Origin: Halocafeteria seosinensis | Taxonomy: Eukaryota | Assembly: GCA_001687465.1 (NCBI GenBank) | Contig: LVLI01000098.1 | Span: 124,001 to 188,000, forward strand | Length of the DNA stretch: 64,000 nucleotides | Direction: 5' to 3' | Shown here: positions 12,442 through 24,195 of the stretch, one piece after another | Layout: each line of letters opens with the position of its first letter | Numbering within the stretch: position 1 is the first letter of the stretch | Made by a program: the position numbers and the translations under genes | Notes under the pieces: generated by a model | Seen by the model: the letters and a program-made list of their open reading frames with translations, nothing else | What the model was told of the DNA's origin: nothing | Databases searched by the model: none

Positions 12442-13136
12442 TGCAGCATATCCCAGTACATACCCTGAGTATAGCTGCTTACAGGTATTCATAGTAGTCT
12501 GCTCAATACTACGTAAAACCCACCGGCGCGAAAGAATGAGCAAACCTACCTCGTCCCTCGTTCATTAGTACATGCCTTTTTCCGTTGCTCCTGTCGTCAT
12601 AGTATACCATTGTAGTATGACGGTCATACCACGCCCCCTCCACATTACTGTTAGCAACAACTTCCACTCACAGGAAGTTGCATCCACCCAGTGTGCCAGT
12701 AACCCCACAAACTACCCCCCTCTAGTTTACTGGTTCAGCATCCGTGAAAGGCCGTCTGGCTAGCAACAGATTGTCTGCAGACTGCGTCGGTCCGCCAGAA
12801 ATCATTTTCCGTTGGAAGAATCGAGCGTTGCGTGGGGCCCCAAACTGGGGCCGCGAGGCGCGAGGGTTGCGACCGCAGTTATTTGCGTAGCGTTTTCCTG
12901 CTGTCACTGGTTTCTTCTCCAGCGACAACGACGCTCTACAGCGACGCGCATCATTGGGATTGCAGTGTAGAGAGAATGTCTACTGAAGGACGCCTTTAGC
13001 GATAGAGGAAACGAGTTACCGTATCCAACGGAATCTTTTTTTGACATTTTTGCGCGCGCAAAATCGCATCCAGCGGATTTTCTGTCTCTAGCAAGGCTAA
13101 TTACCCCCATTCCAAGCCGCAGAGCACTCGGATACA

Positions 13137-15366
13137 ATGTCCGCAAGAGACCAGCTCCATGGCGACATGCGCAGGGCTCAACAGGGGCGTAATAAAAGCG
13201 ATGGAAAGCCCCCGCGGGCGCAGTCCTCCAGCAAACAGTCGGCTCTCGCGCAGAGTTTGATGGATGCTCTTCAAAGGAAGCTCGGACGAGAGTACGTGCC
13301 TTCTGTCGGTTCTGTTAGTAGTATGGATGTTGTGTTACCGGCTGTCGCCTTGATTGTATGCAGTGAACAAACGCGGCAGATAATTGAAGCCGAGGTGCGT
13401 TTTGACGAGATATGGGTGTTTCTGTATGTGCATGACATGTATGTGTACTTCCACGATTTCAGGTCAGCAACTTCCTCAAATCAGGGAAGAGAGCCACTCC
13501 ACAAGATTTGCGCGAGATCCAGCAACGAGTGACGCAGTACAAGTATCGAGGAGGATCGGCTCGAGCACGCCCGAATGGCTCGTTCAGTCCAAGAAATCAA
13601 AACGATGATGGGAGCTCTGTGAGAAGCGGTAAAAGTGGAGCAAGCAGTCAAGCCAGTCGCAGGTCTGATGGTTCCAGGAGATCTGGAGGCTCGCGCAATG
13701 GAGGCAATGGTCAGTCTCCGAGAGAGCCAGAAGCAGCGAGCACCAGGTCTCAATCGGACGCTCGTTCGGTTGGAGGGCGCTCAAATCGTAGCTCCCGGAG
13801 TGGAACGACTAGTTCCACCTTGAACTATGATGAGAATGAACTGAGACAAACGTTGAATGATTTGAGGGAGGAAGTGATGGCTGACCCCGAGCCAGACTTT
13901 ATTCAGGGGGTTATTGAACAAGCCAAAGCGCAAAGAGAAGAGGAACGCCGACAGAAGGAAAAATCAAGACAGCAGCGCCGGTTATGGAAAAATCTACAAC
14001 AGCAGCAGGAAGAGCAAAAGGAAAAGGAAAGAGAAGAAAAAGCAGAGGAAGATCAGTTTCTGCGAACCATGGGTACGTAACAAGCTGCTGTCTTCCCTCG
14101 TACCTCGCGTTCCTTTGAGGCGTGGCTTTGCAGATCAAGTGAAGAAACAAGAAGAGGAAGAAAAGAAGAAGTGGCACGAAGAACAGAAAAGGAGGAAAAG
14201 AGAGGAAAAGCAAGAACGCTTGGACCAAATTGCTGCGGAACGGTAAGCAGAGTGGTCCGCGGGACAAGACGACTGCTACTAGTTATGCACGACTCTGTAA
14301 ACACTGCAGAGAAAAGGCTCGTCGACAGAAGGAGCGTGAGATGGAGGAAAATAAAAAGATCATTGAACGAGATATGAAGGCTGCTGAGGAAGAGAAAGAG
14401 ATAGAGGAAAAAGAGAAGGAGGAGAAACGCAAGCAAATCTTAGAGCAGAAGAAAGAAAACGAACGGCATATTGCTGAAAAGAAGAAGCAAATCGAACGGG
14501 AACGGGAGCAAGACAAAAAACTTATGGATGACTACGCTCGGATGCAAGATGAACGGGTATGTGACTTTCGTTTAAATTTGCTTTTCTTCAGCCTGGATCT
14601 GCAATGGTTTCGAATTTTGAGTCGGTAACAGGAACGTGCGCACCAGGAAACACTCAACACACTGTTCAAACGACAAGACACTATCGGCCAAGTGGCTCAA
14701 CGCCGGAAAGAGGAAGAGAAAGAACGAGAACGAAAAGAAAATGAGCGATTGCGAGAGTATGTTTGTTGTACTGTGGGTTCTTTTCGCTCCTTGCCTGCTA
14801 ACCTGTGCGTTGCTTTCTATTGTCTGGCTCAGGGAGTATGAGGAGCTCGAAAGGAAAGCCAAGGAAGAAGAGGAGGAAAAAGAAAGGCAGAAGCGTGAAA
14901 GAGAGCGGCAAGTAAAGCAAGCACTGGACTCACAGATAGACGAAAAGAAAAAAGAGGAAGAAAAACGACACGAGGAGGAGGAGAGACAGTACGAGCTTTT
15001 CAAAAAGCAGGCAGAAGAGGAGGAAGAAGAGGCGAAGCAACAGAAAGAGGCAGAAAGGCAACGCAAAGAGTGGTACAAGCGACAGCTTGAAAAGCAGAAA
15101 CAGTAAGTGGTAGTTGATTTGGCTCCCTTGGCACTTCGTTTATATACACATTCGGCCTTATTCTGCCCAGCGTCGCTGATAAAAGGCACAAGTACAAGTA
15201 TGACCGTGACCGAGCGGGGGCGTTGGCAAAACTCGCTGAATGCGAAGAAGATCCGAAACTTGCAGAGAAAGTTAAGTCAACATTGCAGATCAGCGGACGG
15301 AAGAATGCCCTACCTTCGGACACCCGCCGACAAGATACCATGGGCGGCGTTTCGGATTGGAGATAA
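13137..15366 (+). CDS. Multi-exon E/K/R/Q-rich coiled-coil protein (trichohyalin-plectin-homology-like, possibly flagellar)
   Basis: Consecutive charged helical exons separated by GT-AG introns, with a Ser/Arg/Gly-rich low-complexity N-terminal part. The frame of the last exon is tentative. Confidence 0.7.
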
Positions 15367-15566
15367 CCAATGCAGTGGCTTCTATCGCATATAATTACCG
15401 GCTCGAATGTGATTCACGTCCGGCAATCGGTTGACAAGCCGCTTTCTCGGGCCGCTGCTGTGATTGAAATGTCGGTGTAGATACTTGGCGAACGAAATAC
15501 ACACCATTTCTCTGCATGCTCTCTTCTGTATCAGCGCGGTAGCGCCTATTGCTACTCCAAAGGATA

Positions 15567-17562
15567 TCACGATGAGTGGACATTCACATGATGAAGTTTA
15601 CCGGCCAAGTACGTCGCATTAACGGAGAGCCTCTCGGAGAGCAGCACAAGATCTGCTCGTTTGCCGTAACTGAGGTCACCCATCTGATCGTATAAGCCCA
15701 ATGCTTTTGCAGGGATTTCAGTGGCAGCTCTTAAGCATTCCGCAACTGAGCAGCGAGTAAAAGACCGGAAGTTACGAACACATTGGTCTAGCGGAGCAAT
15801 CGCTCCAGCAAGTGTGTCTGTATCCTTCAATACAGCGCGCGTACTTGGTAAAATTTCCGCTCCATCGTCTCCCACCATAGGCACGGAAGTGCTTTCTATT
15901 TCAATTTCCATGCTCCCCAAGCAATGGGTACCTGGTTCTAACCCAAGGGCAGCGATACCGTCAGTTACCAAGAAGAGCCCTTCCGGGTGCACGTTATACG
16001 CAATAACTACTGAATATGGATGGCAATGTATTCCATCTGCAATAAGTCCAAAATAAGGCCTTGTTAGTGGTTGATCGCTTGCTGTCTCCAGAGATGAATC
16101 TGAGCTGTTCTGGTTATTCTTGAAAGCTTCCGAAAGTGGCATATGCCCATACTGTGGACTAACTTGTTCTTGCTCAATTCGAGAACACAATGGCACAATA
16201 GATCCAAGTGACTGAACCTTCCTTGATCCCCATACTGGTAGATTGGGATTAATGACGGAAGGTTGGGATGGACAAGCTGGAGGGAGATTCTGGCTTTGTA
16301 GTAGAGATGCGGAGCTACTCCGACCAAGCATTCCGATTAGCCCCGGGTCTCGATGGTGAAACACTCGCATCGCATTGAAGCTGCGTTGTACAGAAAGGAA
16401 GAATGCATATGCATGCCTACATATGCCACATTGGACGGTCACGTTACAGGTGAGTTATCATTGACGATCCGCAACGGAAACATTGTTCAGCCACTTTGAC
16501 ATTTGAGGAGGAATGCCCCATCGAAACAATGACCCCTCGAGAGCATAAGTTCTTAGTAGCTTCCAAGGCTCCTTTTAGTTCTGGAGCCAAGGTAACAACC
16601 CTCACCAAAGGGGAACGCAACTCACTTCCATAGACTTCCTCCAGACTGTGTAGTGGAGGAAAATCCGTACGCAACAGTCCTCCAACCAGAAGCTAAAGAA
16701 TACTTACTTTGGATCACTCACGTCACTGCGAATATACTCGGGAGCATGGGCCCCTCGTTTCTCATATGCTATGAAAGGGCCTTCGAGATGAGCTCCCAGG
16801 ATCATAGCATGGGGTTGTGAACTGGTGCACATTGACGATAATGAGGGAAACGAGCACCGATGGTGTTCCTTCCCATGCGGCCAATAGCATCGTGGTGCGA
16901 GCTGCAAAATTTCAAAATATTCCAGTTCGCAAGTAGTGTGACTCTGGTGCCGGAGCTTGATTTCAAGCAGTTTACCTTGGGAAGGACATGGCGATAGGTG
17001 GATGGTGAACTGGTCACCACTGTCGGCAGGAATGCAGTGCATCCGTGACGCAATATCCGCTGAGCGATGTATGTAATTTGCTCCTCCGTAACTCCCGGAT
17101 TCGAAATATCGATACCATACGCTCCATTAAGTTGGAGGTCAATAAACCCAGGGGCTGCAGAATGTGAGGAGACACACGCTGGAATTACCTTTTGTAAAAC
17201 GCTCACAACGGGGAACTCTTACATAGGATTTGTCCTTCACAATCCACGACAACATCGCATGCGAATTCTGTGTTATTTGATGCTTCCCAAAATCGCTTCA
17301 TCGGGTCGATGATCACACCATTTTGTACCCATAGTTCGTCCCAGATGAGTTCTCCGTCTCGGAAGACCCAGCAGTTGGAAAACTTGACGACTTCCTCTGA
17401 CAAATTTTGTTCCATCTCCGACCATTTCACGTGGGACACGGGGCGTCTCCGAGTGCGCTGCTCCTTAAGGATGTCGTCCACCTCTGGCGCTTGTCTCGAG
17501 TCTCGCTGCCGCTTGTCTTGTACGGAGCGGTTCTGGCTCAGATTCTGCTGCTGGGATGCCAT
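15567..17562 (-). CDS. nagA: N-acetylglucosamine-6-phosphate deacetylase (NagA/AMDHD2), 5 exons
   Basis: Motifs PGFIDLQLNG, FLPTVVTS, GAHLEGPF, TLAPE, SMGHS, THLFNAM, HHRDPG, IADGIH, LVTD, TLAG, PAKALG, ADLVL. Confidence 0.95.
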
Positions 17563-18150
17563 CGCTGTGGACACTACGGCCACCAGACGATTCTCAAGAA
17601 GACGATACTGACAACACTGCGACAACCTGAATGACTATCTACGGTGGTCTTGCCAATTACCGTCATGAACACATTGCTTCACAAATGTCCAACTACCAGG
17701 AATGGCATGCATCGCCATAATGGTCCATGCGGACACCAGAAAGGATGGCTCCACGAAGAGAAAGAACTTAAGATGACATTGTGTAGCAACAATGCCTTAT
17801 GGGAAAGTGAGGCTTCGTATACAAATGCAATGAAGTACGCTGAATGCGACCCAACATCAACTCGAGCTTTATTCTTTCCCTCTAGAGATCAATGCTCCTT
17901 TCCCTCCTGCTCTATGCCAACTATTGGACAAGAATACCATAGTTGATGGTTGCTAGTCGACCATAATCCAAATGTTTGGCATTGAATGCACTTGCGACTT
18001 CTCAATGCGACCCGCTTTGTGAAGGCGCGCAACGACGGTTGAAGTGGTCCTATTCACTGTATAGCAACTTTTAGCAAGTCAGACCAGGTCCATCTATAGG
18101 ATTTGATCACTAGGCAAGTGGATACGGCAGCTCGTGAAAATAAGGGGAAA

Positions 18151-18867
18151 ATGCCACCGAAAAAGAAGGGCGGTGGGAAGAAGAAAGGCGGAGGAGGAAA
18201 GAACAAGAAGACCGAAGATGACGCTCCCCAGCCGGAAGAGCCATCCGAGAAGGTAAGCACTTGAATGTGCGAATGGAGAGGCGTCCTACACTGCCGTACT
18301 ATCCTTGGGAATTTCATGTGCGCAGTCTCATGGTCCTCTCATCATGGGAAGAACAGATCCGTCCAAGAGATGGGCGACGTTGGAATTGAAGGTGCGTGGC
18401 GTTATTCAGCAAGACCACATATAAGTGCCTTTTAAGGGAAAAACTTTATGCTCGCCGCAGCTACGCAATTGGACGTTTTCCAAGTTTAAATTGACACTGA
18501 GAGTGGATACACCGGTCTATGTACTGAAGGTAAGAACGCCTTGACCTTGGGTAAACATTAGTTCTGTTGGAAGCAACCTCTATTCATGGCCACCCAGAAG
18601 AAGTTAAAGAACCGACATGGAATCATGGATGCTGTATCATTATACAAGGACATGGATAGCAAGGACTATGAAATTACGAACGATAAGTGGACCCTCTACG
18701 AAATTGGCATCGACGGAAAGCCGGAGGGAGAAGACCCGGAGGAAGTAACTATAATATATGACTTTCGACCTCATGACTATGATGAGCCCGTTTTACTAGC
18801 ACAACATGACCGAAACCTCGACCGCACTGCGGGGACATACGGCACTAGTCCGAGATCTAGTGCCTAG
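18151..18867 (+). CDS. Small spliced protein with a Lys/Gly-rich N-terminus and a probable ubiquitin-like fold
   Basis: MPPKKKGGGKKK start; spliced exons give ..FKLTLRVDTPVYVLK|KKLKNRHG..VSLYKD..TLYEIGIDG..IIYDF..EPVLL. Confidence 0.6.
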
Positions 18868-19145
18868 GCATCCGCCGTAAGCCGCATTTACGCACAGAAG
18901 CTACTGTGCACACACGAGCGTCCGCCGGGAATTAGTCTTACAGTAGAAACGATAAAATCACCGTCTAGTGCGCATGTCACACTTTACTGACTTACCAACA
19001 AATAGATGCTCTTGCTTGGAGTCTCAATAGAACCTTACACTCGTAGCAGCTATGTAAAGCAGGTACAATGGGGGCCCTTATTATTCAGTGTCCTCATTTA
19101 CCCTTAGTGATATATATCAATACACTACAGCTTAGGGCAAGCTAG

Positions 19146-20276
19146 TTACTGCATTGCCTCGTCGTATCTTTTGTTCACATCGTTCCAATTGACAACGTTC
19201 CACCATGCTTCAATGTAAGCTGCCTTCTTGTTCTGGTACTTTAAGTAATAAGCATGCTCCCTGTAATATTCAAATGGTTTCCAGCAATATCAAGATAGGC
19301 CAAAATTATGAAGATTCACTACGATGCTACGTACCATACGTCAAGACCCAGGATGGGTACCTTGCCCTTTTCCATAGCCGGTGTATCCTGGTTAGGATAA
19401 CTTTCCACTTTCAGCTGAGGTGGCTGTTCGTTCTTGTCAACGTAGAGCCAAGCCCATCCAGATCCAAAGTGAGTTGCAGCAGCATTGTTGAATTTTTCCT
19501 TGAACTGATCAAACGACCCAAATGTCTGCTTGATGGCATCTCCTACTTTGCCGGTCGGGGGTCCTCCGCAATTGGGGCCCATGTTGTTCCAGAATACTGT
19601 GTGGTTGACGTATCCTCCACCATGGTTACGTAAAGTTTTCTTCACACCTTCTGTACGGCAAATCAGGTTTCAAAGCGAAGGAAATTTGACCTTGATATCC
19701 AGAACCGATTGACTTCAAGAAAGCGTCGAACCTACCATCCGGGACCTTGTCCAAGTTCTGGAGGATGTGATCAATGCCTTTACTGGCAAGATCTGGGTCC
19801 ATGGATTTCAATTTGTCCATTCCGGCGTTTAGCTTATCCGTATAAGCTTGGTGGTGGCCCATGTGATGGATACGCTGCAAGATCGAATGGAAGATACATT
19901 TATCTGGTATCTTTTCTGTTCCACAGCCTGAGAAACCTAGCACCCTATTTGACATACCATTGTCGTCTCGTCAATGTGAGGCTCCAGAGCATTGTACTCG
20001 TAGGGCTGCACGTACATACGGGTAAATACACAGTAAATAAGCTCATAAATGAGACATCTTCGTTCTCATGGAATGTTCCATCAAGCACGCGCCTCTGTTC
20101 TACGCTCTATACTTGCTCCCTATACACTATTGCACATTCCACCCGAGCAAAACACACGAGATAGCACAGATCTATTGACATGGCTGGGGAGTAGGGCCTG
20201 AAAGGACCCGCAATAGCCCTGTATAGGAGGAAATAGAGCCACATACCATCGGAGGGAGTTCGTATTTGCCAGACAT
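19146..20276 (-). CDS. sod: Mn/Fe superoxide dismutase, probably Mn-type, 5 exons
   Basis: Spliced motifs [65 protein letters not shown]. Confidence 0.97.
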
Positions 20277-21241
20277 TTTTCCTTGTTTCTTCGCGTTTAC
20301 AGTGAATAATTCCACACAATGACGGTACGAATACACCTGTTCTCTTTTACCGTCTCTGCCGCCTTTTAACCAATCCAAAATCTCGAATTGATCTCGTGTA
20401 TATGGCCCAGAAAGATGTGTTCTCCCTGTTAAGATACTCCTGATATGCGGAAAGCAAACTTCAACTTGGATCATTTCCAAGAACTTAAGGTTAGGTGGTA
20501 GCAGAAGGGATGCGTTTTTTGGAATTCTCTGGAAATAGATGTTTGTGTTGCAAACGGGAAGCTCCTGCTTTGCTTGTCTCTCGAGAAACGAGCGCAAGAG
20601 TATCCAACATCCACAATCGTCCACCACTTACATCTACTGCCATTGGCACTCTACTACCTACAATTGTACACGTTGTACAATAAGGTAGGGAAGTAAACTG
20701 TAGCCGAAATCCGAAAAGCTAAGAAAAGCGTTTCATTCTACGGGAACATTAATGCATTCATCGATAAAGCACACGAGATTCAAAGTTCCTGCTGCTACTC
20801 CTGGCTACTCCGTAGGCAGAGACGCGAGGAGCATACTGTACTGTTGCGTGAAGCACAAACACACGACTACAGTCTCAGAGGGTAAGTGTGGGTAACAGCA
20901 GGAAAGAGTTTGGACAGAAACTTTCATTCAGAGACTTATCGCAGTCATTCAAAGCGCCGAGAAGCAAATTGAGGACGTATCTGTCTGCAGATTCGTGTGC
21001 CCGAAAGGGAAGACTGTGCAGATTCGGGCATCTCGGTTTGTTTAGGATTGCATCATGGTTGGTATAAACAAATGACACTGAAATAAGTACGTAGCTTCCC
21101 CGTGTATTACTGTATCGCATGGGATAGGTATAACGACTACAGTATAACATGATATGAGCGTAGACAGCAGGGACTCCAATGACTCATTTGACCAAAACCC
21201 ACACCAAAGATGGTCCTTTTAATATATCGTAAATGGTCGTT

Positions 21242-21727
21242 TTATGTTCCAAGCCCATGAACCGGACATCCCCATGTGTAATACGTAGATGTTGTGATCG
21301 AAGCTGGATCATTTAGAAAAACGCGTGGACGATTCAGCAAATATGTACCACCACACGCTTTACATCGTGAGGATTCTCCATCAGGCTGGTGCGCTGTAGT
21401 CAGATCAATCTTTTTGTAATCCGGACGATAACACAAACGACTACAGTTTGCACACTCGTCTTCGCAAACGTCGCTTAGTTCAGCCAGGTAGACTTTTAAC
21501 AACTCAGCGAAGTTCAATGCACACTCAGAGTCTGAAAACACTGGCTGCTTTATCAAAATATGTGCACACCACTTGCACGTCTTCAATTCCGAATGCTCCT
21601 GGCTTTGCTTGAAACAACCGAGTAGTTTTTCTTTGGCTGTCATTTCATCGATGCCGACCAAGTTCAATCGCTCTTTTACCCAGTGTTCTCGATCATGATC
21701 CAAAGAAGCATGATTCGTGTCTTCCAT
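21242..21727 (-). CDS. Intronless Cys-rich hypothetical protein with possible zinc-binding motifs
   Basis: 161-aa ATG-to-stop ORF containing CKWC, CANC, CKAC and CPVH motifs. Confidence 0.5.
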   Translation of the reverse strand: MEDTNHASLDHDREHWVKERLNLVGIDEMTAKEKLLGCFKQSQEHSELKTCKWCAHILIKQPVFSDSECALNFAELLKVYLAELSDVCEDECANCSRLCYRPDYKKIDLTTAHQPDGESSRCKACGGTYLLNRPRVFLNDPASITTSTYYTWGCPVHGLGT

Positions 21728-22206
21728 GATCGTTTCACCTTGCTCTTTATCTCCACACGCCGAAAGTTAACGATGTATGCCTAACGAAAGATATCTCGTT
21801 CAACAAATGAAATTCCTCCCACACGTTAATCCATTGGCTCCAAGGACATTCCATTGGACAGCCTCACATTGGATACCCCAGTTGACACCGCCAGTGATCT
21901 GACCCATCCAGATTGCCCCCTTCAAATTGGGTGTATCACTGACAGTATCAGAGAACATGCGTGCGTCTTACCTGATATATCCGGACACTGGTATATATAA
22001 TATATACCTTTTGACAGTTTTGTCACAAGGGAATCCTTGAAGGGATATATTTAACATGCGACCTAAAATGTTCTCCGCTCCGCGGGATAAATCATCCCTC
22101 ACCGAAGTAGATTCGACAAACGATTACCTCGAGCAATATAGGAGCTGCCGTAAGTTTGTGATCCCTTTCACTGCTAAAGCAGGGGACGACAACTTGAAGT
22201 CGGAGC

Positions 22207-22223
22207 CTAGGATGTCTCCCGCG
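22207..22223 (+). repeat. Left terminal inverted repeat (17 bp)
   Basis: CTAGGATGTCTCCCGCG is the exact reverse complement of 23062-23078. Confidence 0.95.
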
Positions 22224-22432
22224 CGCGGGAGGGATGCGCGGGACCGCGGGACATCCCGTCCCGCGGCCCTCCCGCACCCGCGGTCCACTTCCCGCGGTCC
22301 ACTGCGGGAGGTCAGGTATATATGTGACACCAGAGCTTTGTACAACCCATAATATAATCTATATACGATTAGGAGGATTTGATTGATTGTATGTGAGTGC
22401 TTGCTAAGTTAGTGGCAACTTATCGCTATACA

Positions 22433-22690
22433 ATGGCTAGCAAACGTCCTCGCTCCGATGTATGGGACTGGTACCAACGCGAAAAAAGGTGGCTTACCCC
22501 ATACAAAGATCCCACCGGCAATCGACAGGAGGTGTTTGCATATATTTGCCAATACCCTACTGATGAAAAGACACCTTGTGGAAGGGTTTTCCATCCAGAT
22601 GCTACTCTAAGTCAGGGAAGAACTAGTACGAGCCTACAGTACTAAAAAACCACCTGGACACGAAACATCCAGGATGGCAGAGCCTTAACA
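22433..22690 (+). pseudogene. Frameshifted BED zinc finger (transposase N-terminus)
   Basis: MASKRPRSDVWDWY..ICQY..PCGRVF..TSTS, then in another frame VLKNHLDTKHP. This fits the BED pattern SxVW..C..C..TS.L..HL...H. Confidence 0.8.
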
Positions 22691-23061
22691 CGCATGTAAG
22701 ACGCCAAATAGAAATATATACAGGAGGAAGAATCTGTCGATGCGTCCATGTCATTGCTGTCTGATGACCTTGATGAGGAAACAGTTCAGGAAGCATCCGA
22801 CTGCTGATGTGAAGAAGGGCATTAGCACCACAACAGTGTGACAACACGCATAGATTATCCCTTTGTGGGAAAAACCGATCCATTTAGACGCATCTGAATA
22901 AAAATAACCTAAACAAACTACTGAATGGTGAGCACAATGAATATACATCCTCTTACACTGCAATATTTGCCAATATAAAAGCAGACCCGCGGAATCCCGC
23001 GTCCCGCGGATCTCACAGCCGGTCCCGCGCCGCGGGATCTCCCGCGCCGGTAGCGGGACAC

Positions 23062-23078
23062 CGCGGGAGACATCCTAG
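23062..23078 (-). repeat. Right terminal inverted repeat (17 bp)
   Basis: CGCGGGAGACATCCTAG followed immediately by the TSD copy GTCGGAGC. Confidence 0.95.
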
Positions 23079-23207
23079 GTCGGAGCAGCACATTAAATAC
23101 CGTCTGGATCTGTATCATTGCTATAAAGCAAACCCTCGCGGGTAAAATATAATTTTGCCGATATGGGCGATTTGTCCTGTACCCCTGAAAGCAGGGGTGA
23201 GACGGGG

Positions 23208-23853
23208 CTACGTGCTGGTGCCAGCACTGCCAGGGAGTGGGTCAACTTCTATGGTTTGCTTAGTCTCCGCTACCCGATCATCCAGCTCAGTAGTCGTTTT
23301 TCTTGACTCCTCATTGCAAACAGACTCAACATCAGGATAGGCTTCACCAAGATACTCATTCAACACAAAATCCTCCATGTATTTGCTATCAAAGAAATAG
23401 CACATGCCGTGCTGGGTAAGGACATTTCCAGAATTGAGAAAATGCTGTAAGATGTTGGAGCGTAGTCCATGGTGTGGCTTCTTCAAACAGACTGTCTTCG
23501 TTTCCATGTTTCAAGAACGCAGGAGAGTGATCATCGAAACGAAATTTCTGAATCAAATAAGAAATTATTTACCATTTCTCAATGATATTGCGTATGCAGC
23601 TATGTTTTCGATAACTTACATGAGAAATAAAAGGCAACATAGTGTCGTGTGTTCCTTTCAGTGCGGTAGTGTGGTTTTGGCTCAGCTCCTGGAGGAAGCG
23701 TTGGCATTTGAAGCCACTTGAAGACCGAGGAAAGGCTTCCCCATATTCACTATTGATATATTCCCCTTCTTTGTAATGAAATAGATACTTTTCATCGCTC
23801 ATTCTATCGTTTGTAAACTTTAGGAATTCTGCGACCTGAAACTGCTTTAGCAA
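23208..23853 (-). pseudogene. Degenerate gene with a duplicated motif (EYGEAFP / EYLGEAYP)
   Basis: Two adjacent ORFs share the motif. A GTAAGT..TTCAG intron links them only with a further frameshift. Confidence 0.3.
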
Positions 23854-24195
23854 TGTCTACATGACCACAAATGGATGCTGCACCGCACCAATACACATAA
23901 AGTTTGATAAAAAATGCTTAATATATACAATGAATGTTCACTGGGAATTTCTCGCTCCTTAGCGACTCTAATAACATAAGGGCAAATCGTTGACTAAGAA
24001 TCACTCGATCATTCCGTTTGGAACGACGGTGATACGGTTATCCATAGTGCAACAATCCAGTCAGTAAGACCGGCGTGATGCGTTTCTACAGGGCATCCCG
24101 TAATGCGCTCACCAACAACGGGTTCCGGGAATCGAGGAAACGTTATATCCTGTTAAATGGAGGGAACTAAAAGAGAGAGTTAAACAGTTTGCAGT

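Larger units (their letters stand above)
22207..23078 (+). mobile_element. 872-bp non-autonomous hAT-superfamily DNA transposon (internal-deletion derivative)
   Basis: Perfect 17-bp TIRs CTAGGATGTCTCCCGCG, 8-bp TSD GTCGGAGC (22199-22206 and 23079-23086), GC-rich subterminal repeats and a BED-finger remnant. Confidence 0.93.

Noticed and set aside
13900..15200. Long hydrophobic minus-strand ORFs rich in F/S/L
   Set aside because: Antisense shadows of the GAA/AAG-rich coiled-coil exons.
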